From a virus: a stretch of DNA of 64,000 nucleotides. Made by a program: the position numbers and the translations under genes. The stretch's first letter is position 1. Each line of letters begins with the position of its first letter. The stretch covers positions 1-64,000 of IMG/VR virus record IMGVR_UViG_3300017925_000001, one strand, 5' to 3'. Below, piece by piece: positions 26,853-36,416 of this stretch. Below the pieces are notes generated by a model. The model did not search any database, had not been told where the DNA came from, and worked only from the letters and a program-made list of their open reading frames with translations.

Positions 26853-29260
26853 ATGCCTCTTTTAGAAGCCGCTGTTGAAGCGGTTGAGTTAGACGCCTTC
26901 GCTAAGGAAATACCCGATCTTGTCTTTCATGGCACGACCGCGTATAGCCTTTTTAAGGCTGAAGCTACCTCTATTCCCGTTAGCAATCAGTCGAATGCTG
27001 GCGGAACGGTTCGTGCATCCTTTAGGGTGCCTTTCCGAGTGCAGTCTGGTGCGGCAATTTCACAGGGAACTGGTAACGCGGATAGTATGGGTCGCGGAAC
27101 TGGATCTCAGTGGGCTTCGTTCGCTCTAGCTCCTGTGTATTTGTTTAACGTTTGCGAAATCTCGTGGTTAGCTCAGGCTTCCACGGACAGCAAACAGAAG
27201 GGTCTTTTTGCCGTAGAGTCAACGCTTTAGCGGCTGCTTTAGACTTTAAAGAAAACAACACTTGACTATATCGGTGGAACCCTGCTATCCTGAAAATAGG
27301 AGGCAGACAATACCGAGGGAAGATAGGAATGACAAAACAGTCGAAGTTTTCGTATTTAGCAGGTTTCATGGATGGTGAGGGCAGCTTCTCCATCGTCAAA
27401 ACCTTCTCTGTTCAAAGAAAACGGGACGGAAGTAAGCAGAAATACGTAACCTACAAATGTATGGTTTCCGTAACCAACACCAACAAAGAGGTGATGGATT
27501 GGATAGCCAAAACTTTTGGTGGTAAGGTTCTCACAGGCAGCAACGAGAATCGGAACCCAAAGTACAAAACTAGGTATTCATGGTTCAGGACGAGCCATGA
27601 GGACATTGAAAAGTTCACGTTAGGAATTCTGCCTTACCTCATTGTGAAAAGGAAACAGGCTTTGGTTGCTTTAGAGTTTTGTAAGACATACTTTACAGGG
27701 CGAATTGGTAGCCAAGAACTGAGTTCCGAAGTGACTGCAAAGAGAGATGAACTGAGACGCGAGATGATGCGCCTCAATGGCATCTTTTTACCAGACGCTT
27801 TACCTAAACCCGTAGAGACTACACGTCAGGCACCTCAAAGTTTAGATATAGACCATTGCCCCAAATGCAAGGAATTTTTGCACGATGAAATGGGTCATAT
27901 GTGTCCCTAAATATAAGGTGATGATATAGTCCGACCTTCTACAGAGATGTAGAGAGGGTGGCAGAAATGTCCATCCCTGAACGTCATCACTTGCAATTAA
28001 GTAATGACGTTTTGTAACAATAAGTAAAGCCCAGGAAATGAAGAATTCTCTGGATGCCGCAATGCAAGGTATTGAGGGCTTGATCAACTCTGACGGTTCT
28101 GGCATGATCGACCAGATCCCGGTGGGAGCCAACGTCTCCAGCGGTTCAGGAGTCGGTGCGCAGACCTCTTTCATCACCCCGATGAACGTGGCTGTCGCGT
28201 TCTCCGACCAACAGGTTGTTCAGTTCTACACCACAGCCGGTGTCAACCGTGGTGGAACCGCAACGATTTCCTATGTTGACGGCCCCACGAACACCCTGTG
28301 GTTCAGCACCGCTCTGCCCGCTGGTGTCGCAGCCACGGACTACGTTGTGGTCGCTGGTGCAACATACGGTACGGGCGCATCCATCCTGGGTATCAAAGCT
28401 TGGGATGTGAACTCAAACAGCGGAACCATCGCTGGTTTGAACCGCGCATCGTATCCGGGTCGCTTGTCCACTCCGACCATCAACTTGGCCGGTGCGGCAA
28501 TCACCCCTGGCATCGCGCAGCGCGCTGAAGTCCTCTTGGGACGTGCGCTCGGCCCTGATGCGGATTCCATCAAAAGTGGAATCTGGTACGGTCCCCCTGA
28601 GCAGGCTTTCGCTCAGTCGAACCTGATGTACAACGTTCAGATTGCGAACGCGCAAGAAATCCACGGGGACAAGACCCTGGATATGGCGAAGAAATCCTTC
28701 GCTGACACGTTTGGTGGACGCAAGTACCACAAATCGTGGACCGCAATCAACAACCGCATGGACCTGTTGGTTCTTGACAACTGGTACATCGGGGAGCTGT
28801 CTCCGCTGGAGCTGTACGACTTCGGTGGTGGCAACGTTGTGGCACCTGTGCCCGACATCAGCTCTACGAACGGGACCGCGAGTTACCTTACCTCGCACAT
28901 GTTCGCTTACAATACGTGCTTCAATTTGGCGAATGCTGCACCGCGTGCAGGATTGTACATCCAGAACGCCGCTGTTAGCTCTATCTAGTTGATTCTAAAG
29001 CAATTAACTGATAGAAAAGCAGCTTTGCTCAGCAATGAGCATTGAGAATCTAGAGAATTCAGGGAAACACTCATAAGAGTCAATCCTGAGCCGAGCCCCG
29101 CAAGGGGAAGGTGCAACGACTATCCCGCAAGGGAGTAGGGCGCAAGTGCGCTCGAAGCACTAGACACCCGTCAGGGTGATGATATAGTCTGAGCTTGCAG
29201 GCGACTGCAAGAGACCAAACGGAAACGGTTTGATCGCAACATAACTGACCGCAAGTGTAA
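26853..29260 (+). CDS. Major capsid protein, spliced: join(26853..27214,28025..28975,29248..29260), 441 aa
   Basis: Intron removal restores the frame (KGLFAV-KAQEMKNS; NAAV-PQV*); position after scaffold; strong codon bias. Confidence 0.85.
27215..28024 (+). mobile_element. Group I intron 1 (capsid) with LAGLIDADG ORF
   Basis: P1 GCCGT/GCGGC with U.G; P10 GCTTTA/TAAAGC; P7 GACTA...GATATAGTC; terminal G. Confidence 0.93.
27329..27910 (+). CDS. Intron-encoded single-motif LAGLIDADG homing endonuclease
   Basis: YLAGFMDGEGSF; ILPYLIVKRKQA. Confidence 0.93.
   Translation: MTKQSKFSYLAGFMDGEGSFSIVKTFSVQRKRDGSKQKYVTYKCMVSVTNTNKEVMDWIAKTFGGKVLTGSNENRNPKYKTRYSWFRTSHEDIEKFTLGILPYLIVKRKQALVALEFCKTYFTGRIGSQELSSEVTAKRDELRREMMRLNGIFLPDALPKPVETTRQAPQSLDIDHCPKCKEFLHDEMGHMCP
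28976..29247 (+). mobile_element. Group I intron 2 (ORF-less) at the capsid 3' end
   Basis: P1 GCTGT/GCAGC; P2 GCAA loop; core GAATTCAGGGAAAC, AATCCTGAGCC, GACTAT, GATATAGTC; ends AACATAACTG. Confidence 0.88.
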
Positions 29261-29335
29261 TAAATTTAGGGCTTTCTGCAGGAAGTCCTTGGGTTGGAGT
29301 CCTGCTGCAGCGGGATTCCTTCTCAGAATTAGTTT

Positions 29336-29411
29336 GTATTCCAGCGACGGTTGGGATACCGCGTGGGAGCAGCCTAGAACTGCTCCTGCGCAATCTTTCT
29401 AGGAGATAATT
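29336..29411 (+). promoter_or_regulatory. SD-sequestering pseudoknot leader, copy D
   Basis: Hairpin 1 GTATTCCAGC/GTTGGGATAC; stem GGAGCAG/CTGCTCC; loop CCTAGAA pairs with TTCTAGG. Confidence 0.88.
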
Positions 29412-30068
29412 ATGACAGAAAAGATTTGCACTAGATGTTGTGTTTCAAAACTTTTGAATGAAGAGAACTTCAAGAAGAGAAAAGGTTATGCTGACGGCTT
29501 CCACACATGGTGTACCGAGTGTTTGAAGACTTACAATGCATGGTGGGAAAAGAAGAATAGAGATGCAGACCCAGAGTACTACCGTGCTCGGGAATTTGCA
29601 CGAGAGATGAAGAAATACGGAACTACTGTGGAGTGGTACCGAGACCGGCTCATAGAACAGCTTGGTTTATGCGCAATCTGCGGACATCTTAGTCATCATC
29701 ATGGCACGATTCAGAGACTTCAGGTCGATCATGCTCATTCTTGTTGTGATTTGCACACCAAAAGCTGTGGCAAGTGCCTTCGCGGTCTACTTTGTGCCGA
29801 TTGTAACATTAGGCTAGCTCCGCTTGAGCTTCTGTTGACCGAGTTCCCTTCCGAAAGAGTTGATCAAGCCGAGGTTTTCCTTCGCAATTCCGTTGTAAAA
29901 GACTCATGGACCTATCGAGCGTTGAAATATCTCAAGAGGTACGTGCAAGATCATAATAAACCTTGGAACCTGACGCAGGATGCCTTAGCAACTCTAGAAT
30001 TAGCAAAAATTAAACCAAGAGAAGGCGTGATAATCACAGGCGTGACTCAGGAGACTCAGAATGTATGA
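29412..30068 (+). CDS. Endonuclease VII-type homing endonuclease
   Basis: KYG...QLGLCAICG...LQVDHAH...RGLLCADCN; N-terminal Zn finger. Confidence 0.9.
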   Translation: MTEKICTRCCVSKLLNEENFKKRKGYADGFHTWCTECLKTYNAWWEKKNRDADPEYYRAREFAREMKKYGTTVEWYRDRLIEQLGLCAICGHLSHHHGTIQRLQVDHAHSCCDLHTKSCGKCLRGLLCADCNIRLAPLELLLTEFPSERVDQAEVFLRNSVVKDSWTYRALKYLKRYVQDHNKPWNLTQDALATLELAKIKPREGVIITGVTQETQNV

Positions 30069-30396
30069 AAAATATATCAACGCTTGCGGTAGTTGTATCA
30101 CGCAGCACATTCTTAACGTCACAGTAGCTAACTCAGGGCTTCATTGGCGCATGAGATTCGCACAAATCGCAGCTTTGGAGATGATTGCCCTGCGAAATGT
30201 GACAGTATCTGAGGCAGAAATACCAGAAGACGTTGCAAAAGAGCTTTGTAAGAAGCCAGTTAGCTACACTTTGCTCGGTTTGCCGGTGAGAATTGACGAC
30301 AGCCTTCCTCCATCACGCATTTCTCTCTATTTGGGAGAAAAAGAAGTGAATAGAATAGAAGCTTTATCAATACCTTTTGGATTTCCTCTAGAATGA
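30061..30396 (+). CDS. Hypothetical protein
   Basis: SD plus GACTCA boxes; overlaps the endonuclease end. Confidence 0.7.
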   Translation: MYEKYINACGSCITQHILNVTVANSGLHWRMRFAQIAALEMIALRNVTVSEAEIPEDVAKELCKKPVSYTLLGLPVRIDDSLPPSRISLYLGEKEVNRIEALSIPFGFPLE

Positions 30397-30522
30397 CAGG
30401 TTTGCCCCTAGCACTTCCAAGGTTGCCTAGGGCATAATGCATCATGGCCCCTTCTCAGGACGGCTTGGAACCTTCCAGAGAGACCATGATGCTAAGATTT
30501 GACTCAGAAAGGAAGACTCAGT

Positions 30523-31233
30523 ATGCCCGTAGGCGATAAATTAGCGCGTGGAGACAAATCCGCAGCGTTTGGTGGTGCAGGAAGCGCAGTAACGGATTTT
30601 GAACAAGACTTTGCGTTCCTGAATAAGGCTGAAATAGAAGAAAAGTACGGTTTGAGTGAAAAGGAATACGATACGTACGACAAACTTAGGATTGACGGGC
30701 AAAAACTGCCTGATCTGCCCCTTGCAAGCGCTCAGGAGGTTGGTCCTAGCTTCACAGTGACCGATAGGCGCATGTTCAATGCTCTTCCTGAGGCAAAGCA
30801 GGTGGAAACCAAGGTTTCCAAGTACCCTGCCAAGGAATACAGCACTGGAGTGACAATTTTAGACCGTCTTTTGGTAAAACGTATCGAAGACGACCCGGAT
30901 ATTGAGGTTTTGGAGGACGGGTCTGCCCGAAACAGGGTTACAGGTATGTTTATTCCGGCTAGTTACCGGCAGCACAACAATAAAGGCATAGTTTTGCGTG
31001 TTGGGAATTATTTAGGCATCGGTGGGGCGTGTTTTCCTCTTTCGGACTTTGTTAAACCTGGGGATAAGGTGACTTTTGGTTCATATAACACCGAAAAGTT
31101 TAATATGGAGTTCAAACAGGCTAAAACACTGTGTGATTCCCTAGAAATTGACCACAACGAGACCGATGAGCCCTTTCAGATAGTTCGCATACAGGATGTA
31201 CGCCTTGTGGAAGCGTTGGTGACCCATGAGTAG
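30523..31233 (+). CDS. GroES/Cpn10-like co-chaperonin with N-terminal extension
   Basis: ILDRLLVKR...GMFIP...GIVLRVG...VKPGDKVTF...IVRIQDV. Confidence 0.8.
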   Translation: MPVGDKLARGDKSAAFGGAGSAVTDFEQDFAFLNKAEIEEKYGLSEKEYDTYDKLRIDGQKLPDLPLASAQEVGPSFTVTDRRMFNALPEAKQVETKVSKYPAKEYSTGVTILDRLLVKRIEDDPDIEVLEDGSARNRVTGMFIPASYRQHNNKGIVLRVGNYLGIGGACFPLSDFVKPGDKVTFGSYNTEKFNMEFKQAKTLCDSLEIDHNETDEPFQIVRIQDVRLVEALVTHE

Positions 31234-31510
31234 CATTTTGCACGGTTCAGACCTCGTTGAGAAGCCTTATGACAAATTCTGGGATGAAAAACCTTCACGA
31301 AGAGAAATGCAAGCAGCTTTTCAGAAGCTTGGTAACAATGATGCTGAGCTGATGAGCATGGTAGACACCAATTGCCTAGTGGTCAACTACCTGTGTGAAA
31401 AGCTCAACGTGACCCGGGAAGATCTTGAGGTTTACGTTGCTAAGCAGAAGGAAAAGTTGGCCGCATTGAAAGTGCCTACGGAGGCTCCCAGTGAGCAGCC
31501 CCAGGGATAG
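31226..31510 (+). CDS. Hypothetical protein
   Basis: Coupled ORF. Confidence 0.7.
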   Translation: MSSILHGSDLVEKPYDKFWDEKPSRREMQAAFQKLGNNDAELMSMVDTNCLVVNYLCEKLNVTREDLEVYVAKQKEKLAALKVPTEAPSEQPQG

Positions 31511-32225
31511 CTATGAATGCTACGAATGCCCTCAGGAATTCCAAGATCGACTCACCGAGGTGGGTGGCAGGAACAAGTACGAACAGCCAAATTTTTTGGT
31601 GGTCTGGGGTCAGGGTGGACAAGAAGAATGTCTATATCGTGCAGGAGGGTCCTGGCATGTACCGGGAGAACCTACTTTCACAGGTTATAGAGATCTTTTG
31701 ATAGGTGGCGGGGTGCCCGCGTGGTGCTTGCTTCAGTGGACAGATGCACTCGACTATGGGACACCAGAATCATACTACGTGGCCAACCATGACGATGAAA
31801 CTGGTCTGCAGGATCTAGCCGAATACCCGTACTCAGGACGCTATAAATTGCTGTATAACATGTCTTGGCGCGATATGAAGAATGGGAAGATGCGTATTGA
31901 AGCAATGCCCTTGAACTCTTTTGTGCTCAGCATTGTGATTCCCATAATTCTGGAAGCCAGAGACATTTCCATGCAACGAACTATGGAAGCCATGAAGGGA
32001 ATCAAGGAGCAGGAAGACAAAGCTGACATTGCTATGATTGAAGACGCGATGCGTGATGCCTCGGTTGCCTTCAAAGGCCCTGTGTCATACGCAAGGCAAG
32101 GTTGCAGAACTCATTTTCTCGACAAAAAAGTCGAGGCAATGACTCGGAATTGGAATCGGATGATTACCAATGCAAAACAATTAGGAAGGGGACTCAGCAG
32201 TCATGCGGCTGACCCAACAATTTAG
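31491..32225 (+). CDS. Hypothetical virion-module protein
   Basis: SD GGAGG, 244-aa ORF. Confidence 0.75.
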   Translation: MSSPRDSYECYECPQEFQDRLTEVGGRNKYEQPNFLVVWGQGGQEECLYRAGGSWHVPGEPTFTGYRDLLIGGGVPAWCLLQWTDALDYGTPESYYVANHDDETGLQDLAEYPYSGRYKLLYNMSWRDMKNGKMRIEAMPLNSFVLSIVIPIILEARDISMQRTMEAMKGIKEQEDKADIAMIEDAMRDASVAFKGPVSYARQGCRTHFLDKKVEAMTRNWNRMITNAKQLGRGLSSHAADPTI

Positions 32226-32243
32226 ACTCAAGGAGACTCAAGA

Positions 32244-33134
32244 ATGATTAACTCAGTTATTACGAGTACAAGAAATGAGCAGTCGTCTCAAGCGATGGCT
32301 GCTGCGAACAATGGTTCTTTCAACTTCAATGCGAATGAATATCTCATGAGCAGGGAACCTCAGTTCATGGTTTATATTCACAGCATTTCGGAGCGTACGT
32401 ACGAAGTGTTTCGTCCTCCGTACTTTAAGAAGCTAATTTTAGTAGGTAAGAAGCCGGGTGAAAAGTATATTCGCTGTGCATCTCTACCTCATCCTATGAA
32501 TGTTCCAGATTGTAACGTTGACTCAAGTGAGATTGGTATTAAGCAGGTGGATGCCCGCAGAGTTGCTATGGACATTCTCAACCCTGACAACCTAGGCCTG
32601 GATCAAGACGCTGTAATTCTTAACCCTACTAGTATTGGGAATAACCTAGGTGAAAAAGGTGTGTTCTGGTCCCTCAACGAAATCCCGACGCACGAGGAGC
32701 TTCAGAAGGCGCAGAAGCGCATGGAAGAGTACTATCGTCGTCTGGTAGACAAAGCCAATACCACCCAGGCTGCAGAACCCGGGAAGCTCCCTGATATTCT
32801 GACGCCAGAGCATCTTGCTGCCGCTGCCTATCTAGAAGAAAACTTCGGTATGCAGTTCGTGTGGCATACGCGTATGGCGCGCCTTGAAGACTGCGCTATT
32901 TGCGGAGAGAAGGCTAAGGCAGGCGTGGCATTTCATCGTACGGACGATGGTGGCGTTTGCGTCCGCGATTGGGCAAGGGCTGTCAAGGCCGGTGCCCGTA
33001 CGCGTGCTCAGGCATTCGAAGCTACCGAGGACCCGCAATGGGCACCCAAAGCACCTGTGCATGAACCAGTTGAAACCCCTAAAGGTGGGCACGTAGCTTC
33101 TACAAAACCTATCCCCACAGAGGATAAGAAGTAG
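32244..33134 (+). CDS. Hypothetical protein with C-terminal CxxC
   Basis: SD plus GACTCA boxes; 296-aa ORF. Confidence 0.8.
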   Translation: MINSVITSTRNEQSSQAMAAANNGSFNFNANEYLMSREPQFMVYIHSISERTYEVFRPPYFKKLILVGKKPGEKYIRCASLPHPMNVPDCNVDSSEIGIKQVDARRVAMDILNPDNLGLDQDAVILNPTSIGNNLGEKGVFWSLNEIPTHEELQKAQKRMEEYYRRLVDKANTTQAAEPGKLPDILTPEHLAAAAYLEENFGMQFVWHTRMARLEDCAICGEKAKAGVAFHRTDDGGVCVRDWARAVKAGARTRAQAFEATEDPQWAPKAPVHEPVETPKGGHVASTKPIPTEDKK

Positions 33135-33313
33135 CATAAGTCGCAGGTTCTACTCAGAAGAGCCTGCGCAAATTTTTAAGACCTTATCGACCAAAGGAGC
33201 TTCGTGAATGCGGAGTTCTGAGTCCTCCTAAAGCGTGGGCTTCCGAGGTCGATATGCTTTCTGAAAGCCACCTCTAGGCGGGAAGACTCCCTAGGGGTGG
33301 CTATTCGTGTTTT

Positions 33314-33394
33314 CCCCTAGACTAATTACCTAGGGGCAGCCGTGGGCTCCTTGCTTACCCAAGGGGCCTGCGCAATCTCGGTAAGGAGGAAGTC
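33314..33394 (+). promoter_or_regulatory. SD-sequestering pseudoknot leader, copy E
   Basis: Hairpin 1 CCCCTAG/CTAGGGG; stem GGCTCCTTG/CAAGGGGCC; loop CTTACC pairs with GGTAAG. Confidence 0.88.
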
Positions 33395-34009
33395 ATGGGA
33401 AGAGCAGGAAAATACACAGGTCTCATTGGAAAGAGGTTTGGTCTTCTAGAAGTCAGAGTCTTGTCACGTATTGTGCATACAACTCGGTTTGGGAAGCCAA
33501 TAGGATTTACACGATACTACCTTTGTAAATGTGATTGTGGTGGCTCGATAATTGTTAGAGAAACACATCTAACCGAGAAAAGAAAAGCCAACATACAAAA
33601 AAGTTGTGGATGCTTGGTGAAGGAGCTGCACAAGAGTGCTTCGTGGCACACAAAGTCTCGCAAAGAAGGCACAGCTTTTCGTAGATGCTTGGATCAATAC
33701 AAGGCGAATGCAAGGAATCGTGGATTATCTTGGGAGTTGACCGATGATCAGTTCAGAGAGATCACTACATCTCCGTGTCATTATACCGGAGAGGCTCCAT
33801 CCACGGTGAAAAAGTCTAGGTGCGAAGAGTATGTGCATAATGGCATAGATCGCATAGACAATAATAAAGGTTACATAACAGAAAACTGTGTTCCTTGTTG
33901 TGCAATTATCAACCAGATGAAGGCGGATCTCTCATTGAAGAGATTCTTGGAGCTATGCAAAAAAGTTTCAGAGAGGACACAATGTGAGCAGCCCAACAAT
34001 CAACAGTAA
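33395..34009 (+). CDS. HNH-type homing endonuclease
   Basis: GKRFGLL...CKCDCG...KSCGC; GIDRIDNNKGYITENCVPCC..N.MK. Confidence 0.9.
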   Translation: MGRAGKYTGLIGKRFGLLEVRVLSRIVHTTRFGKPIGFTRYYLCKCDCGGSIIVRETHLTEKRKANIQKSCGCLVKELHKSASWHTKSRKEGTAFRRCLDQYKANARNRGLSWELTDDQFREITTSPCHYTGEAPSTVKKSRCEEYVHNGIDRIDNNKGYITENCVPCCAIINQMKADLSLKRFLELCKKVSERTQCEQPNNQQ

Positions 34010-34841
34010 TTTATCCAGTAATGGTGACACAAGTCTCCTCAATATTTGTAATTTGGTTAGGGCTTTAATTAACGACAGCCAGGCCGGTGCCCAGGGTATT
34101 CCGGGCGAAGGACAAGTATTCACAGACAACCCTGCTATCTCCCCTTTCGTTCAGCCTTTTTTGAATTCCGCGATACGAAGTTTATATCGTGAACTAAGAA
34201 ACGTTGGGGACCCTGCGCTTGTGTTTGACAACTACATCATCCCGAATATCACACCCATCAACAGTCCGCTGACCGGCCCAGGCAACCCTGATCCGGCACT
34301 GCAAGTCTATATTGGGCAGAGTGGGTACTTTGATGGCACACAGATTTGGCCAGTGATAGCACTGCCCAACAATTTGATGTATCTTGAGCGTGTGTGGGAG
34401 CGCCAGAGCAACACGAACAACACTTTTGTTCCGATGAGTCAGTCGCAGTTTGGTCTTCCCTCTCGGCCTCAACAGCCTTCTTTCATAGAGTGGGAGTGGA
34501 GAAACTATAACCTGAATATGGTGGGCAGCACACAGACCAACGATCTTCGTCTGCGCTTTTGGGGATCTCTACCAACGTTTTATAGCGCTACACTGGACTT
34601 CTCGTCCACGTACGTTCCCATCATAGACTGCACGGACGCATTGGCGTACAAGATTGCAACAATGTATTGTCGTATGCTGGAATCACCCGGTCTGCCTGAT
34701 CTTGTTGCTGAGGCAAAAGAGCAGATGTTCCAACTGAAGAATGCCGTGGTGCGCAGATCTCAGTCCATTGAATATCAACGTATTCCTTACGGAACAAGTG
34801 CCCGCGACACTAACAATAGATTTTTCGCAAACTGGCAGTAA
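33984..34841 (+). CDS. Probable head-to-tail adaptor / tail tubular protein A
   Basis: Position, size and helical termini (ICNLVRALIND; ALAYKIA). Confidence 0.55.
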   Translation: MSSPTINSNLSSNGDTSLLNICNLVRALINDSQAGAQGIPGEGQVFTDNPAISPFVQPFLNSAIRSLYRELRNVGDPALVFDNYIIPNITPINSPLTGPGNPDPALQVYIGQSGYFDGTQIWPVIALPNNLMYLERVWERQSNTNNTFVPMSQSQFGLPSRPQQPSFIEWEWRNYNLNMVGSTQTNDLRLRFWGSLPTFYSATLDFSSTYVPIIDCTDALAYKIATMYCRMLESPGLPDLVAEAKEQMFQLKNAVVRRSQSIEYQRIPYGTSARDTNNRFFANWQ

Positions 34842-34850
34842 GGAGATCAC

Positions 34851-35150
34851 ATGGCTACACTTTTTCGTGCAGATGGTTGGGTGAAGTCGGTTCTGGGACA
34901 AGCAATCGCCGGTGCTCAGATTTTCATATGTGCTCAACCCGCGGATACCGCTTATGTGCCTCCTGTCCCCCTTGCTCAGATCTACTCTGACCCTGCAGGA
35001 TCTTCCCCTATCACCCAGCCTATCATCAGCGATGGCTTCGGGCACTATAATTGGTATGCAGCCGCAGGAGCGTACACAGTTGTAATTGTCACAGGGGGCA
35101 ACGTTCAGGTCGTATATCAAGATCAGGTGCCCATGGGAGCAACCATATAA
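34851..35150 (+). CDS. Virion protein, tailspike head-binding-like domain
   Basis: AIAGAQIFI...LAQIYSD...ITQPIISDGFG. Confidence 0.65.
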   Translation: MATLFRADGWVKSVLGQAIAGAQIFICAQPADTAYVPPVPLAQIYSDPAGSSPITQPIISDGFGHYNWYAAAGAYTVVIVTGGNVQVVYQDQVPMGATI

Positions 35151-36394
35151 TGAACAATTTTTATCGCTCAGATGGCTGGGTAAAGACTACGCTCGGACCC
35201 GCAGTATCGGGGGCACAAGTCTATGTGTTATCGCAGCCAGCTAATGTTACTCCTCCTGTTACACCTCCGAGATCAACTCCGGTTCCATTCACCCCAAACC
35301 CTCAGGTGCAAATATACTCAGACGCAGGGTTTACCCCAATCACACAACCTGTCATAACAGATGGCTACGGGCACTACGATTTTTACGTACTCCCAGGATT
35401 GTACACAGTGGCCATTTATTATGGAGGGAAGCTGCAGCAATATTACGTTGACCAGTCGATAGGTAATGTGGGCAGCACGCAGGCAACCCCTGTAGTGCTT
35501 TCGACCAATGGAACGCCCAATTTTAATCAGAGCCTTCTGAACCTTGTGCAGGGCCCGTTGATTACGGTTGTTACAGACAACCTTGGGAATTCCGTGATTA
35601 GCGGAGTATTGCCTCCGACTATGACCAACTTGGTTGGGGGCTTGGTTCCAACACCTCCCAATAGTGCCACGGAATATCTAGATGGAACAGGACATTTCAG
35701 CATACCTCCAAGCGGTTCCTCTGTTCTTCTAGAAACTAACGGTATCCACAACGGAAGCCAGTCTCTACTTAACTTGGTGAATGGTGCAGGGGTATCCATC
35801 ACTCAGGACGGAGCAGGAAACGTTACGGTAGCAGCACCTCCCGTGGTTGCCCCTAGGAATATTTGGACAGGCAACGATTTTTCCTCGACATTGACCTATG
35901 CAGCAAACACTGGGCCCGGTGGAACCAATGGGGAAGTGTTTACTTACCCATTCTATCTCTCGATGGCCACAGTTATTGGACACATATCCCAGCAACAGTA
36001 CGGCGGTCCATATGGGGGTGGAGCCCCGACTTACCCAGCAGGGTGCTACACATGCGCGATCTACACTCTTGATGGTACAACCAAACTGGTTGACGCAGGC
36101 CCCGCAGCTTTCAGTGCTCTCTCTAGTGGATTTCAGACTAAAGCTATCACCCCTGTCACGCTTCCAGCAGGAGCATACAGATTCGCGTTTTCTTTCGCAG
36201 ATGCTACTACGCAAGTGGTTTATGGGGTGAGTATATCTGATTCACCTTCTATTTGGAACGTAAACTCAACAGGCGTTCCTTTGGTTGCCTCTTGTAGCGC
36301 TATTATGGGGCCTGGGGGTGCTATGCCCGCAGCACTCGGAGCATTTACCGCAAACACGAACACAGGCTGGCCCAGCTTCTTGCTGGAGCCCTAA
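35150..36394 (+). CDS. Tail fibre/spike protein
   Basis: Same N-terminal domain as the upstream gene; repeated TNG..N..QSLLNLV.G. Confidence 0.7.
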   Translation: MNNFYRSDGWVKTTLGPAVSGAQVYVLSQPANVTPPVTPPRSTPVPFTPNPQVQIYSDAGFTPITQPVITDGYGHYDFYVLPGLYTVAIYYGGKLQQYYVDQSIGNVGSTQATPVVLSTNGTPNFNQSLLNLVQGPLITVVTDNLGNSVISGVLPPTMTNLVGGLVPTPPNSATEYLDGTGHFSIPPSGSSVLLETNGIHNGSQSLLNLVNGAGVSITQDGAGNVTVAAPPVVAPRNIWTGNDFSSTLTYAANTGPGGTNGEVFTYPFYLSMATVIGHISQQQYGGPYGGGAPTYPAGCYTCAIYTLDGTTKLVDAGPAAFSALSSGFQTKAITPVTLPAGAYRFAFSFADATTQVVYGVSISDSPSIWNVNSTGVPLVASCSAIMGPGGAMPAALGAFTANTNTGWPSFLLEP

Positions 36395-36416
36395 ACTCTT
36401 CTAAGGAGCTAGTACA

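Noticed and set aside
26853-27230. Separate 125-aa gene and separate 316-aa gene at 28038
   Set aside because: They are exons of one capsid gene joined by removal of intron 1.
27232-27240. TTAGCGGC just upstream, at the start of intron 1 (27227-27234), matching the leader hairpin-1 loop
   Set aside because: It is fully explained as the intron's internal guide sequence (P1/P10) and is probably coincidental.
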